A DNA stretch of 63,809 nucleotides, filler included, from Octopus bimaculoides (lineage: Eukaryota): NCBI RefSeq assembly GCF_001194135.2. It is 4 parts of 4 records of this genome, joined end to end, with 100 filler letters (N's around TTAATTAATTAA, not from the genome) between each part and the next. Parts side by side here need not be neighbours in the genome. Positions count along the whole stretch, not along the records: positions 33,388 to 61,325 come from NC_068986.1; 3 more parts are not named here. One strand, given 5' to 3'. Of the stretch, positions 37,691-50,285 are shown piece by piece. The stretch's first letter is position 1; each line of letters starts with the position of its first letter. Position numbers and translations under genes: made by a program. Under the pieces are notes generated by a model that ran no database searches, was not told the DNA's origin, and saw only the letters and a program-made list of their open reading frames with translations.

Positions 37691-38931
37691 ACATATATAT
37701 GTGTGTGTGTGTGTATATATATATACACACACACACACACACCCTTTACAAAGAAGATATTAAGGTTACAATTTTTTATCAGATATTTTTGATGGCATGT
37801 GTTGGGCAGTGATTTGGGCTATCACAGTATTCAAAAGCTGCACCAAATAACATTCTTGACTATAGAGGAAGAATGATAGGATTTGAAACAGGAAAATACA
37901 TATATTTACATGGACAGTTTAATGGTATCCTACCATCTAACATCCATTTCACAGTAAAGGTTAGCAATTCTGAGCTATAAAGTGCTGACATTTCAAGCAC
38001 AGTCACCATAAAGGAGAACAGTCTGGAAAAAGAGGGAAAAGTTTACTCCACACTCACACATTATATGAAATGACATGTTTAATACCATTAAAATGTCATT
38101 AGATAATAAGAGCATGTTACCATCTCCTGAACGATGTTTGCTCTCTTTAGACTTGCCTATTATTATTATTATTATTAACCAACCTATTGAAGAAATATTC
38201 AGATAGTAGAGGAATTAGGTGCTGCCAACTTACAAGTAAACAGTTATTTTTAGTCAAGTATTTGACATGCATTCCAGTGAAAAAATAAAAAAGAAAAAGA
38301 AAGATTTTTTTTTATAGACATAACATCAACATCCTGTCATGTATGACTGTTCTGTATCAAAGTTTCGGTAATATAGTCTTTATAATATATAATATTTCCT
38401 TATAATCAGCCAAAGTCTGGAATATTGAGTTTTTAATTTGCTGGTTTCCTTCTGACTAAGTCTTACAACAGTCCAAAGATTGCAATGAGAAAATGAAATG
38501 AATATTCCACGGTGTATAGCATTGGTAGCGCAATTTAAGTGAATTTACAGGAACTGAGTACTAAAAGCATGTCTTGCACTAACGAGCTGCTTACCTTAGT
38601 GGTGTTCTTTAGCTCCGAGTTAATTCTGATTGAACAGATCTGTGATCAAAGATATTCAACTGTGAAAATTCTGTCTTTTTTTGGAGTATGTAGGACAACA
38701 ATTATGTCTTTTCTTCATGTAAGTTAGAAAGGTTATGGTTTAAAGGAAAATTGGCTGCTATTTCTAGTGGGTTAAACAACCAAGCGACATACAGTCTCCT
38801 TTGTTAGCTCACATACAGATTCAGTATATAAACTCCCTGGCTATATTGTGCACAAACACCCTTGCTGGCTCAAATAACCTTACAATATGCTTTACAGAGT
38901 TTATCATTGAATTTCATTCGTAAACATACTT

Positions 38932-39097
38932 TAATTCTTTTGATACTGACCTGAGTTCAGTCTTGGTTCTATAATACAAACTTCCTTGGTAATTTATGAT
39001 CCAAACAGCAGCTTATGACAAAATTTACTAAATTCTTCATTATTCTAAAAAATCAGTTGAAACAAAGAAAACAGAAATACAGTAACGAGAGAATTAA
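38932..39097. mobile_element. TTAA-terminated MITE (piggyBac-like)
   Basis: Left end TTAATTCTTTTGATAC versus right-end reverse complement TTAATTCTCTCGTTAC. Confidence 0.55.
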
Positions 39098-39910
39098 ACA
39101 CTTCCTTAAGCTTGTAGAAATTAGTGAACTTAAGGCAGACAGAAATCTCACCATGTTTTGTTAATTGTTTTAGGGGCCTATGTGATAGCAAGTAAACCAT
39201 AGACCCACCCTACCCTACACCTGCCCCACTCTCAATTAAGCACAATATCCAAGATGTGACACATAGCTGGAGGGAGAGAGGGATGCCTCAGCATTCAGGT
39301 GGTATTCATTACAATTCAGCGGACTGGAAGAATATGAAATGAAAAGTTAATATGAAATTTTGATGGAAAGTTGTAACATCACTTTAACCCATAAAGCACT
39401 GGGATTTGCACTTACATAGCATGGGCTGCTGAGCACATTTTATGAAAATGAGACTACCATGAACACATAAAAAACAAAAAAATAGTTAAAATATCTTCTT
39501 AGTATATAATGGTGGCAAGTTTTACACCATCTGGAAAGTCATTAGTTGAACTATTAGTCCTCTTGCATTCTGGGGGGTTTCGGAGTGTTTGAGTGACATT
39601 AGACCCAAACAAACACCCATAAATTAAATGCATCTATCTGGGCCACAATCATGGCCCATCGACCTGTGCCTGACAGCCACAATCGTGGCCTGTCGTGCTT
39701 TATGTGTTAAAACAATGATTTTATCATAGAACCTAATGCAGTTTCAGGTAAGTTGGTATCGAAAAGGTTAAATCACACCTTGTTATGTCAAGCAAAAATA
39801 AAGCAGGTTTTTTCTGGATGTCACACCTTTGTAACTTGGTCTGCTCAGTCAGAGCTCAGCTCAGGGGCAAAATGACATCCAGGATAACCTGAAACTAGAA
39901 ATATCTACAG

Positions 39911-39949
39911 GTGACAAAACAAACAATACATTTAAAGCAAGCTTTTATT
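39911..39949 (-). terminator. Probable fascin polyadenylation site (AATAAA plus GU-rich downstream element)
   Basis: Minus strand reads AATAAA (39949-39944), agcttgctttaaa, then tgtattgtttgttttgtc. It lies at the end of a SINE-free, U-rich stretch after the stop codon. Confidence 0.6.
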
Positions 39950-40401
39950 TAGCAATTGGGATACAGAAGGAAATTATAATAATTAATTATCATTATTATC
40001 ATCATCAGTCAAGTCAATCCACATTTAGTCATTACAAAATAATAAATCAGTCAAGCAGAACATTACAAAAAATGTTTTTTTTTTATGATACTTTTGTGAT
40101 ATACATGTGGAACTTTAAAAAAAAAAAAAAGGCTTATTTTGCACTGATTAACTCAAAATATATTTGAGGAATTTCCTTGTAATATTGTGAATAATAATAA
40201 TAATAAATTGTGTGAAGATGAAATGTAGCAATAAAATAGAAAAAAAAAAGTTCAAAATGTTTAAGATGAGTTTGTAACTGATCAAATATATTGGAATTGT
40301 TGAGTACAAGAAAGCCTTCTCGCTCTGTGACTCATTGTATAAATTGCTTGGTGCAGTTTAGGATGGTATATAAACATAAAGAGCATTCACCAATATCTTC
40401 A

Positions 40402-40443
<42 letters not shown>

Positions 40444-42450
40444 GTAATATATATGATATATATTATATATTTGCAATACTATTTATGTTAATAGTTGCTT
40501 ACTGAAAAGAAAAGTATTCTGAGTTTTGTAGAGTAAAAATAACTCTATTCAGAATTTAGTCAAGTTTATGGACATATGAAATTTCCACCAGAGTGGATGT
40601 GGTAAGTGTGTTACACATCAGACTTTGGAAGATACATATAAAAAAAAATAAACAAAGACAAAAAATTGAAAAAAATAAATAATTCATTTTACATAGGTTT
40701 TTAAAAAAATGGGGAGGGATTTGAGAAGACAGGTTTATTTTTTTTTAAATGAAAAATAAAGCTTTCATTTGATTAAGCAACCTAATGCCTGATTTAGGTC
40801 ATGTCAATTCAAGCTTTACAAACACTTCAAACAGTCGAAACAAGTGGAGACCATGAGACCATGTTGGATCTTTGACACAATCAGTACAAGAGAGGGAGGG
40901 AGAGAGAGAGAAAGGGTGAGAGATGTGAGGGAAGAGAAGTGAGTAGAAAAAGAGGATAGGGGCAGCAGCAAGGAATTATAAAGGGAGTGGGGAATGTTAA
41001 GGTTCACAACAAACGAGCCAGGCCTCGAATATTCATTAGAAAAATGATAACCTTCAAGTTTATGATTTTATAAAGAGGAAATCACAGATACATACACATA
41101 TTCCTACATGTACACATATCTACATGCATGCACAAATACATGCATACATGCACAAATATAAAATGGTAGGTGGGAACAAAAAGAAATGAGTTAGTGTATG
41201 TAAATGAAAGAATATATTTGACAACATGTTTACATGTTAGTTCAATATTTTAGAGTTTGATTTTGTTCCATTGATTAAAAAAAAAAAATCAGATGGTTAG
41301 AGTATATACTGAAGGTGTTAATAGACACAAGTATATGTTTGATGACATTTCTATTTTGAGTATTGGAATCACTTATATCATCACTAAGAAAGGGTGTTTT
41401 GTACAAGCAGGAGGTTGGATAGTAACAGTCAATGATGAAATAGTTGAAAATGGCATGACAGAAAATTACAGAAAGATGGAGATTAGTGTTGAGGAGAGAC
41501 AGAAGTCTACAGCAGCAACAAATTAGATTTATTTATTACTAATGAAGACAAGCTATTAAAAAAAAACAGTGGTGGTGTTGATGATAAAAAGGAGGGGGGG
41601 TATCAATTTCCAGCAGTGACGTTTTTGAGATATCCTGGACAAAGCATATAAAATGTTTGGTTAATGAAGAAATGGACAGAGATAAAAAGCTTTCATTTTT
41701 ATAAATTGTTTACAAAAAAAANNNNNNNNNNNNNNNNNNNNNNNNNNNNNNNNNNNNNNNNNNNNNNNNNNNNNNNNNNNNNNNNNNNNNNNNNNNNNNN
41801 NNNNNNNNNNNNNNNNNNNNNNNNNNNNNNNNNNNNNNNNNNNNNNNNNNNNNNNNNNNNNNNNNNNNNNNNNNNNNNNNNNNNNNNNNNNNNNNNNNNN
41901 NNNNNNNNNNNNNNNNNNNNNNNNNNNNNNNNNNNNNNNNNNNNNNNNNNNNNNNNNNNNNNNNNNNNNNNNNNNNNNNNNNNNNNNNNNNNNNNNNNNN
42001 NNNNNNNNNNNNNNNNNNNNNNNNNNNNNNNNNNNNNNNNNNNNNNNNNNNNNNNNNNNNNNNNNNNNNNNNNNNNNNNNNNNNNNNNNNNNNNNNNNNN
42101 NNNNNNNNNNNNNNNNNNNNNNNNNNNNNNNNNNNNNNNNNNNNNNNNNNNNNNNNNNNNNNNNNNNNNNNNNNNNNNNNNNNNNNNNNNNNNNNNNNNN
42201 NNNNNNNNNNNNNNNNNNNNNNNNNNNNNNNNNNNNNNNNNNNNNNNNNNNNNNNNNNNNNNNNNNNNNNNNNNNNNNNNNNNNNNNNNNNNNNNNNATA
42301 ATGCCAAAATAAAATGTCACCTTCTTTAAATATTCCTGCACACAAAGTGCATGTAAGTAAAGTTCTTCAAAATAAAAAATAAAAATTGGCTTCATTTATG
42401 GTGAAGATATGGAAATGACGGCAGTCAAGAGGTCAAAGTATTCAGTCAAT

Positions 42451-42656
42451 TTAAAATTCCCACAAAGTAGAGGCATTTACTTCTTTTCCAGTGGCCTTGA
42501 ATATACCATTCTGTTCACCTTTTAAGAAAGAACCATCAGGTGCTTTGACAGTAAACATGGACTGTCCACGGAATTCAAGAATGAACGGAGTGGGACCTGT
42601 GCTGTCGGCAAAAAGCGATCCATCTTCACCAATGCTCCAGTATTTATTGTTATGAC
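42451..42656 (-). CDS. FSCN: Fascin terminal coding exon
   Basis: ttttgtgtcatcag|GT is phase 1 and joins the previous exon to give GGT. Translates GHNNKYWSIGEDGSLFADSTGPTPFILEFRGQSMFTVKAPDGSFLKGEQNGIFKATGKEVNASTLWEF*, matching the fascin C-terminus GKYW..YLKGDHAGVLKA..LWEY. Confidence 0.97.
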
Positions 42657-43056
42657 CTGATGACACAAAAAAAGAAAAATACAAATTTGAAAATTAATAG
42701 ATGTAGAAGAAAATTTACCATAAAAAATTTCAAGTTAAATTTACATAAAGGGAAATTTTACATACATAGTTAGGACACCATAATATGAGTTTTTCATATC
42801 ATCATTATAACAAAGCAATTAAAGATAATTAATGATCAATAAAGCCAGTGCTCAACTCTTGTTTCTCTAGACATTAATTGAAGATGAGATGAATATTCTC
42901 CTGGACTGACCAATGCCTTATCAGTGTATTTGGTAAATAGAAACTACAGGAAGCCTGTTGCATACATACATACATACACACACACACATACACACACACA
43001 CACATATGTATACATACATACATAGACACACACACACACACACACATACATACAAA

Positions 43057-43290
43057 AAAGGCAGCAAGGTGGCAGAAACGTTGGCACGCCGGGTGAAATG
43101 GTTAGCAGTATTTCGTCTGCCGCTACATTCTGAGTTCAAATTCCGCCAAGGTCGACTTTGCCTTTCATCCTTTCGGGGTCGATTAAATAAGTACCAGTCA
43201 CACACTGGGGTTGATATAATCGACTTAATCCGTTTGTCTGTCCTTGTTTGTCCCCTCTGTGTGTAGCCCCTTGTGGATAGTAAAGAAATA
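43057..43290 (+). mobile_element. SINE family B (alternative tail) with a 15-bp TSD
   Basis: Flanked by ACACATACATACAAA at 43042-43056 and 43291-43305. Confidence 0.85.
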
Positions 43291-43745
43291 ACACATACAT
43301 ACAAATATATATGCACACACACACAAATATATACACATACTTATACCTCAATAATGAACTAGCATGTTTATTTCTTCCTTTGATAATATCATTAGCTGTT
43401 GCAACTTCAATTCATCTGTTCTTTCTTATACACAAAATCCATGTTAAGAGACCAGACAGACCCACAATTGTCAGAAAAGATATTTCTGATAGTTTAGTAT
43501 ACTGGTTTTGTATAACAGGAATTAAGTTTATTTCCTAACATGTACCTTGATTATTTCTTTTTAAAATGTACAGGTGTGAAATAGGCTATGTTAGCTGTAT
43601 GATTAAGCTTGCTTCTCATCAAATGGTTCCTGGTTCACTCCCATTGCATGGTACTTGGGGCAAGTATCTACAATTATAGACCTAGGCTGACCAAAGCCTT
43701 GTGAGTGAATTTGGTAGGCGGAATCTAAAAATCCATCTATATGCA

Positions 43746-43928
43746 TGTGGGATGCTAAAAAAGTTCCTGGTTTAAAGGCTATTTCAAAAGGCCTGGTGGG
43801 AAGCCCAGCCTTCCAAGTTCTTAGAAAAACTGCAATAAGTGTGAATTTGAGAGGGGAATAAAATCATAATTAAGTGATTCTCCTGTATTTTCTTTTACCC
43901 GAAACCAGGAACTTTTCAGCATTCGCTT
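43746..43928. mobile_element. Mariner-type MITE
   Basis: Inverted termini GATGCTAAAAAAGTTCCTGGTTT (43751) and AAACCAGGAACTTTTCAGCATTC (43902). Confidence 0.75.
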
Positions 43929-43944
43929 TGTGTGTGTGTATATA

Positions 43945-44300
43945 TTCTTTATTATTTTACTTGTTTCAGTCATTTTACTGCGACCATGCTGGAGCACCAC
44001 CTTTAGTCGAACAAATCGACCCCAAGACTTATTCTTTGTAAGCCTAGTACTCGTTCTATCGGTCTCTCTTTGCTGAACCGTTAAGATACGGGGGACATGA
44101 ACACACCAACATNNNNNNNNNNGGGGGGGGGGGGAACAAACACAGACACACTAACATATACACGACAGGCTTCTTTCAGTTTTCATCTACCAAATCCACT
44201 CACAAGGTTTTGGTCGGGATGAGGCTATAGTAGAAGACACTTGCCCAAGGTGCCATGCCATGGGACTGAACCCAGAACCATGTGGTTGGGAAGCAAGCTA
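43945..44300 (-). mobile_element. SINE family A in the fascin intron
   Basis: Reverse complement aligns to 36345-36745. Confidence 0.85.
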
Positions 44301-45815
44301 TGCTTGCACCTATATATGATAGATCGCTAGCCACTACACATTCTTTATTTTCTCTCCTTGTTTCTTTCTATGTTCCTTTCTACAATTCCACAAGTTGCCA
44401 CAGAAGATTTTTGTAGACAAATAACTTTTCTACTTGCCACTGTTAAAGCATGAAGAGAAATGTGTTTACATTTTCAGAGAGAAACTACAAGGAAATTAAA
44501 CAAGAAAGCAGTGTGTTTTTAGGTAAACGGCACAATGCAAGTTTTGTCACAGTGACTGGTTAACTAATATTCGTTCCAGTCATTGAATCGAGCAGACTAT
44601 AAAAATATTATCTATCAACAAAAGACAACCTATGCTGCAGACTACGAAAACTTTACTAAAATTAGGAAAGGTTTCATAAAACTAGATAATGTTATAGGAT
44701 AAAAGATGAACTACATAAAATGATTTTTTATAAATATCAAAATGTATGGAATAACATAAGCGTAACAAAAGAGATATTACAAGTAATGGGATCATGAGCT
44801 TATTTTCTTATTCAAACTTTGAGCAATATATGTTAGTGATAATGCAGTATGTTTACCATTAATAAAATTTTTTTATACCAACCCACCTAAGACGACCCCT
44901 GGTTTGATGATACAATCTTGTTTAAAGTAATCTTAATTAAAACTTTCAATTAAAATTTCCTGTTAATTTGTTACACTTCTGGATTTGTTTTGCAAGATTC
45001 CTGATGTGAAATTGTGTGTTGAAACAGATATTGTTATATTTCAGGATGGTCATTTTTACTTTATTTTCTTGTCAGATAATCACACACACTATTCTTTCTT
45101 CATTTGTTTGCTATTGTTCTAATTTTTTATGTTCATTGCCTGGTAATCTTTTGTCACACATCCTGTGACCTCTTCAGCAACTCTACATCACATGTTTCTC
45201 TTCTTGTTCAGTTCAAGATGGAAAGTTGAAGGAGGTCAGAGGATGTGTGACAAAAGATCACCAGACAATGGACATAAAATAAAGAACAATAGCGAACAAG
45301 TGAAGAAAGAAAAGTGTGTGTGTGTGTGTGTGTGTTTATTTGACAAGAAAAAAACAAAATGACAATCCCAAAACATTTTATTAGTCTTCATTAATTTCAA
45401 AATTGAAACAAAGGTAGAGTATTTTAACAAAAATATGGTAGCAAAAGGGTAACTGATTTATCTGCTCAGTAATTTAGGGACTTCTTGGGTGTTGGAATAT
45501 TTCCCAGTAAAGAAAAAAAGAGTCTATTAATCCCATTAGGTCATTAAGTCACCTCCTCATATTAATGAGCATCCCAGACAAATCAGACTAGTAAAGACCA
45601 TGGTCCCTACTCAATATTATATCCACAAAGGGAGTTGAAATAGGCATTGCACACTACCCAATAAGTTTTACAATACACCTATAAGCTTATTGCAGTTGTT
45701 TGACCTTATGCAATGGTACTTCAAGAGGCAGATTCTCCCGTCAAGATGCCCTCCCTGTTACCAACCCTCATCTGTTTCCAAGCAAGGTAATATTTACCTA
45801 TGGCAAAACATTTGG

Positions 45816-45857
<42 letters not shown>

Positions 45858-46395
45858 ATACTGATTTTGCTAGTAACCAATTATTAGAGCTCAATATATT
45901 TGTACTTTAGAGTAAAGCATCAGGTGAGTACAGAGTGTAATTTTAATTAATGAATGACTTCTTTAGCTTACAGTTGTTTCAGCTACAAGGGCTGAGTGCT
46001 TGTGTGACATCTCACACCTTCTGTGGAGTCATTTTAAATGAAGTGTTTGCTTATTGTGGAANNNNNNNNNNNNNNNNNNNNNNNNNNNNNNNNNNNNNNN
46101 NNNNNNNNNNNNNNNNNNNNNNNNNNNNNNNNNNNNNNNNNNNNNNNNNNNNNNNNNNNNNNNNNNNNNNNNNNNNNNNNNNNNNNNNNNNNNNNNNNNN
46201 NNNNNNNNNNNNNNNNNNNNNNNNNNNNNNNNNNNNNNNNNNNNNNNNNNNNNNNNNNNNNNNNNNNNNNNNNNNNNNNNNNNNNNNNNNNNNNNNNNNN
46301 NNNNNNNNNNNNNNNNNNNNNNNNNNNNNNNNNNNNNNNNNNNNNNNNNNNNNNNNNNNNNNNNNNNNNNNNNNNNNNNNNNNNNNNNNNNNNNN

Positions 46396-46426
<31 letters not shown>

Positions 46427-46469
46427 AGGTGCATTCCAGAAGTTCTAAGAATTGTTTTTTAGGACAAGC

Positions 46470-46810
46470 AGTTTACTCTTTTACTTGTTTCAGTCATTTG
46501 ACTGCGACATTGCTGGAGCACCGCCTTTAGTCAAGCAAATCGACCCCAGGACTTATTCTTTGTAAACCTAGTACTTATTCTATCGGTCTCTTTTGCCGAA
46601 CCGCTAAGTTACAGGGACGTAAACACACCAGCATCGGTTGTCAAGTGATGTTGGGGGGGGGGGAGGAACACAGACACACACACACATATATACATATATA
46701 TGACGGGCTTCTTTCAGTTTCTGTCTACCAAATTCACTTTGGTCGGCCAGAGGCTATAGTAGAAGACACATGCCCAAAGTGCCACACAGTGGGACTGAAC
46801 CCGGAACCAT
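46470..46810 (-). mobile_element. SINE family A in the fascin intron
   Basis: Reverse complement aligns to 36345-36745. Confidence 0.85.
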
Positions 46811-47050
46811 GTGTGCGTGTGTATACACACACACACACACACAGCTCTACCAGAACTCAGTTTTACCGAGGTGGGTGTTTTACCGACTGGTATATCACTA
46901 TACCAGTCCTTTGCCATCTCCTCTGTGAGGTTCAAGGTCCTGAGATCAACCTTCACCACATCATCCTATGTTTTTCTTTGGTTCTTCCTCTTCTGCAAGC
47001 TAGACTCACGTTTAGTGATCGACATTTCTTTATACAGCCGTTCTCATCCA

Positions 47051-47121
<71 letters not shown>

Positions 47122-47449
47122 ACATTCACACAAATATACATAAATCCATAATAGATGTACATTTACACAGATATACATGTAAAACACATATGCACATATA
47201 GACACACATTTATACACACACACACAAACACATTTAGACATAGAAATGAATGCACAAACACTCGCATGCAAGTGCACATACACATTCATATAGACACACA
47301 GGTACATTCCAATGCATATGCACACACACATACATCAAATATACAAAATTTGCGTAGTTAGGATAAGTGTGGATAGTTAAAACTATAGATGTATCTATAC
47401 ACACCTAGACAGACACGTATACAAAGATATGTATGTACATGTGTGTTTC

Positions 47450-47491
<42 letters not shown>

Positions 47492-47524
47492 CTGCATACA
47501 AATCTCCTCAGGTACAGTCATCTT

Positions 47525-47882
47525 TCCCCTCTCTATAAAGGGTGAAGACCCCATTCATACATGAATGACCATTGAGATTGCACCCAGAAAGTTACCCTCC
47601 AAGGCACAAGTCCGGGCAAGGTTGTTTATGGCAGATCAGCAGTCACCCATGCATACCAGCCTCCCCTCTCCACACCACCAATGTTATCCAAGGGAAAGGC
47701 AAAGGCCGATACAGCTTGGCACCAGTGACATCACAACTCATTTCTACAGCTGAGTGAACTGCAGCAACATGAAATAAAGTGTCTTGCTCAAGAACACAAC
47801 ATACAGCTCAGTCTGAGAGATGAACTCACTACCTCATGATTATCAGCCTGACACTCTAAACACTAAGCCATGCGCTTTCACA
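47525..47882 (-). mobile_element. tRNA-derived SINE, family C, CpG-decayed copy
   Basis: Reverse complement aligns with 406-725. Confidence 0.8.
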
Positions 47883-47976
47883 TGTACATACATACTACAT
47901 ATGATGATGGCCGTCCACTAGTGACCGAAGAAGACCATTGCCAACCTTCAGGAACATTGTGCACTCTAGGACTAAC

Positions 47977-48200
47977 TTATATTTTGCATTTGCGGCTCCG
48001 TTGGTGGCTAATGAGCCCTGCTCTTGACAAGCATACACGACTGCAAACATTGCAGACCAAGCTTTCCCCATTCACTATACGAGCCATGCGCTTTTGTGCA
48101 ACTCGCTTAAGTCCTTCATGCTGGATACATGCTCTCTCAAAAGTGTCAATCCCCTCCTTAACCTGCTTCTTCCATCCGTGGCCATGACAGGCAGTTCTCC
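47977..48200 (-). mobile_element. RTE-clade LINE C-terminal fragment
   Basis: WKKQVKEGIDTFE..KR..RMAR..LVCNVCSRVCLSRAGLISHQR matches the RTE C-terminal CxxC..SRxGLxSH motif. Confidence 0.8.
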
Positions 48201-48594
48201 CAATGATACTACATATATATATATATATATACATACCTACACCTTACATATATTCATTGAATGAGGTTTGATTATAGACAGCTTGATATAATAATATATA
48301 GGAAGCTGTGGGATTATTTAAATAGACCTGTTAATTGTTAGGATTAATGACTTATGACTTTCCCAATAAAATAACATTTCATTTTTGCATTTGGTTTGCA
48401 AGATTCTTTATGTGAATTCATGTGTTGAAGCGTATTTTGTTGTGTCTGAGGAGAGTCATTCTCTTTTAGTGCCTTATTATTTAACACACTCACTGGTTCG
48501 ATTTCCCTGAAGAAGGGAAGAAAATCACTACCCACTACAAAATAATATTAGTTATAACACAATAATATACGCCTAATAATTCTTTTTACAATAA

Positions 48595-48780
48595 GCACAA
48601 GGCCTGAAATTTTAGGGGACAAGACTAGTTGATTATATTAACTCCAGTGCTTGACTGGTATTGATTTTACAGACCCTGAAAGGATGAAAGGCAGAGTCAG
48701 CCTCAGTGGAATTTGAACTCAGATTGTAAAAGTGGTTGAAATGTTGCTAAGCATTTTATGCAACATGCTAACGATTCTGC
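48595..48780 (-). mobile_element. SINE family B, CpG-decayed
   Basis: AGGATGAAAGGCAGAGTCAGCCTCAGTGGAATTTGAACTCAG. Confidence 0.8.
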
Positions 48781-48843
48781 CACACAATGGGACTGAACCC
48801 AGAACCATGTGGTTAGGAAGCAAGCTTCTTACCNNNNNNNNNN

Positions 48844-48890
<47 letters not shown>

Positions 48891-49894
48891 TATATAAACT
48901 TTCTACAACTGGATGCCCTTCCTGTCACTAACTATCACCTATTTGCAAGCAAGGTAATATTTTCCCCATGGCTGGGCATGTTTTTATGAATAGCCAGAAA
49001 TGAATGACACCATTTGTACGATGGCGCTCCTTAAAAATCATCATGTGATGTCAAGACAAGAAGACAAACAAACACACATTTATTTCTGTCTTACTGAATC
49101 CACTCACAAAGTTTTAGCTACATGGGGGCTATAAAAAGAAAGACCCTTGCTTAAAGGTGCTACACAGTGGGACTGAACTGAAAACCATGGGGTTGAAAAG
49201 CAAACTTGACCACATGGCCATGACTGCACCTACGCACGTCTTCAAATAAGTACAAATGTAACATGGAAAAAGAATTAATAAGAATCTAAAATATTGCAAT
49301 GACTTCAGATATCCACTTGTCAAATGTTGACTAACACACCTCTCATTAACAAATACATTTTGTTAACGAATAACATCAGAATCTGTATACCTAATGACTT
49401 AACATGCAATAGAAACCCGATTGCTAAAATATTCAATGAAAGCTTACTCAAAGTGGAACAAACCCGATATTTATAGCTTATAAGTTACATTTCCTAGTCA
49501 AATGAGCAGCATTAGAAAGTGGCTTTCAATTGTAAAGTGTTTACTTTAATAGCTAATATATAAATATATATATGAACAGAAAATTGATTTCATAGATCAA
49601 CAAAGCCAGCACTGAGAGAAAGAGAGAGAGAGGGGGGGAAAAGAAGACAGTTACAGAATTGTTGAAATGTTAGTCAACCAACACAAAGATCACAAGTTTA
49701 AGCAAGCTATGTGAATGGGTGTGTAACTTTATTTTATTGCGCAAAAACTGAAGTTTATGGAAACTGGTAGTAGTCTCTGTAGCAAAAATCGAGCAGTGAA
49801 AAGTTCATGAGTTTGGAAAAATTTATATGTGATGAGGGGGAACAGGAATCTGATGTTTCTAGACTGAAAAATTTTCATTGAAAAGAACTTCCCA

Positions 49895-50285
49895 GGCACA
49901 GGCAACGGTTGTGTGGAAAGAAGTTTGCTTCCCAACCATATGGTTCTTGGTTCGGTCCCACAGTGTGGCACCTTGGGCAAGTGTCTTCTACTATAGCCTC
50001 AAGTTCACCAAAGCCTTGTGAGTCGATTTGGTAGACGGAAACTGAAAAAAAGCCTGTTGTATATATATATATATGTATTTATGTGTATGTGTGTGTTCCC
50101 CACCATTGCTTGAAAACTGGTGTCGGTGTGTTTACATCCCCATAACTTAACAGTTCAGCAAAAGAAACCGATAGAATAAGTATCAGGCTTTAAAAAAAAG
50201 TACTAGGGTTGATTCATTCGACTAAAATTCTTCGAGGTGATGCCCCAGTATGGCCACAGTCTAATAACTGAAACAAGTAAAAGAT
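49895..50285 (+). mobile_element. SINE family A, CpG-decayed, in the fascin intron
   Basis: Aligns to 36345-36745 with many CG to TG/CA changes. Confidence 0.85.

Noticed and set aside
39730-39747. Candidate 18-nt + strand micro-exon (catag|...CAG|gtaagt)
   Set aside because: Weak polypyrimidine tract, located next to a MITE-like terminus, and expected by chance in 64 kb.
42368-42385. Plus-strand AATAAA hexamers near the fascin stop
   Set aside because: They are the complement of U-rich fascin 3'UTR, and no plus-strand terminal exon was identified.
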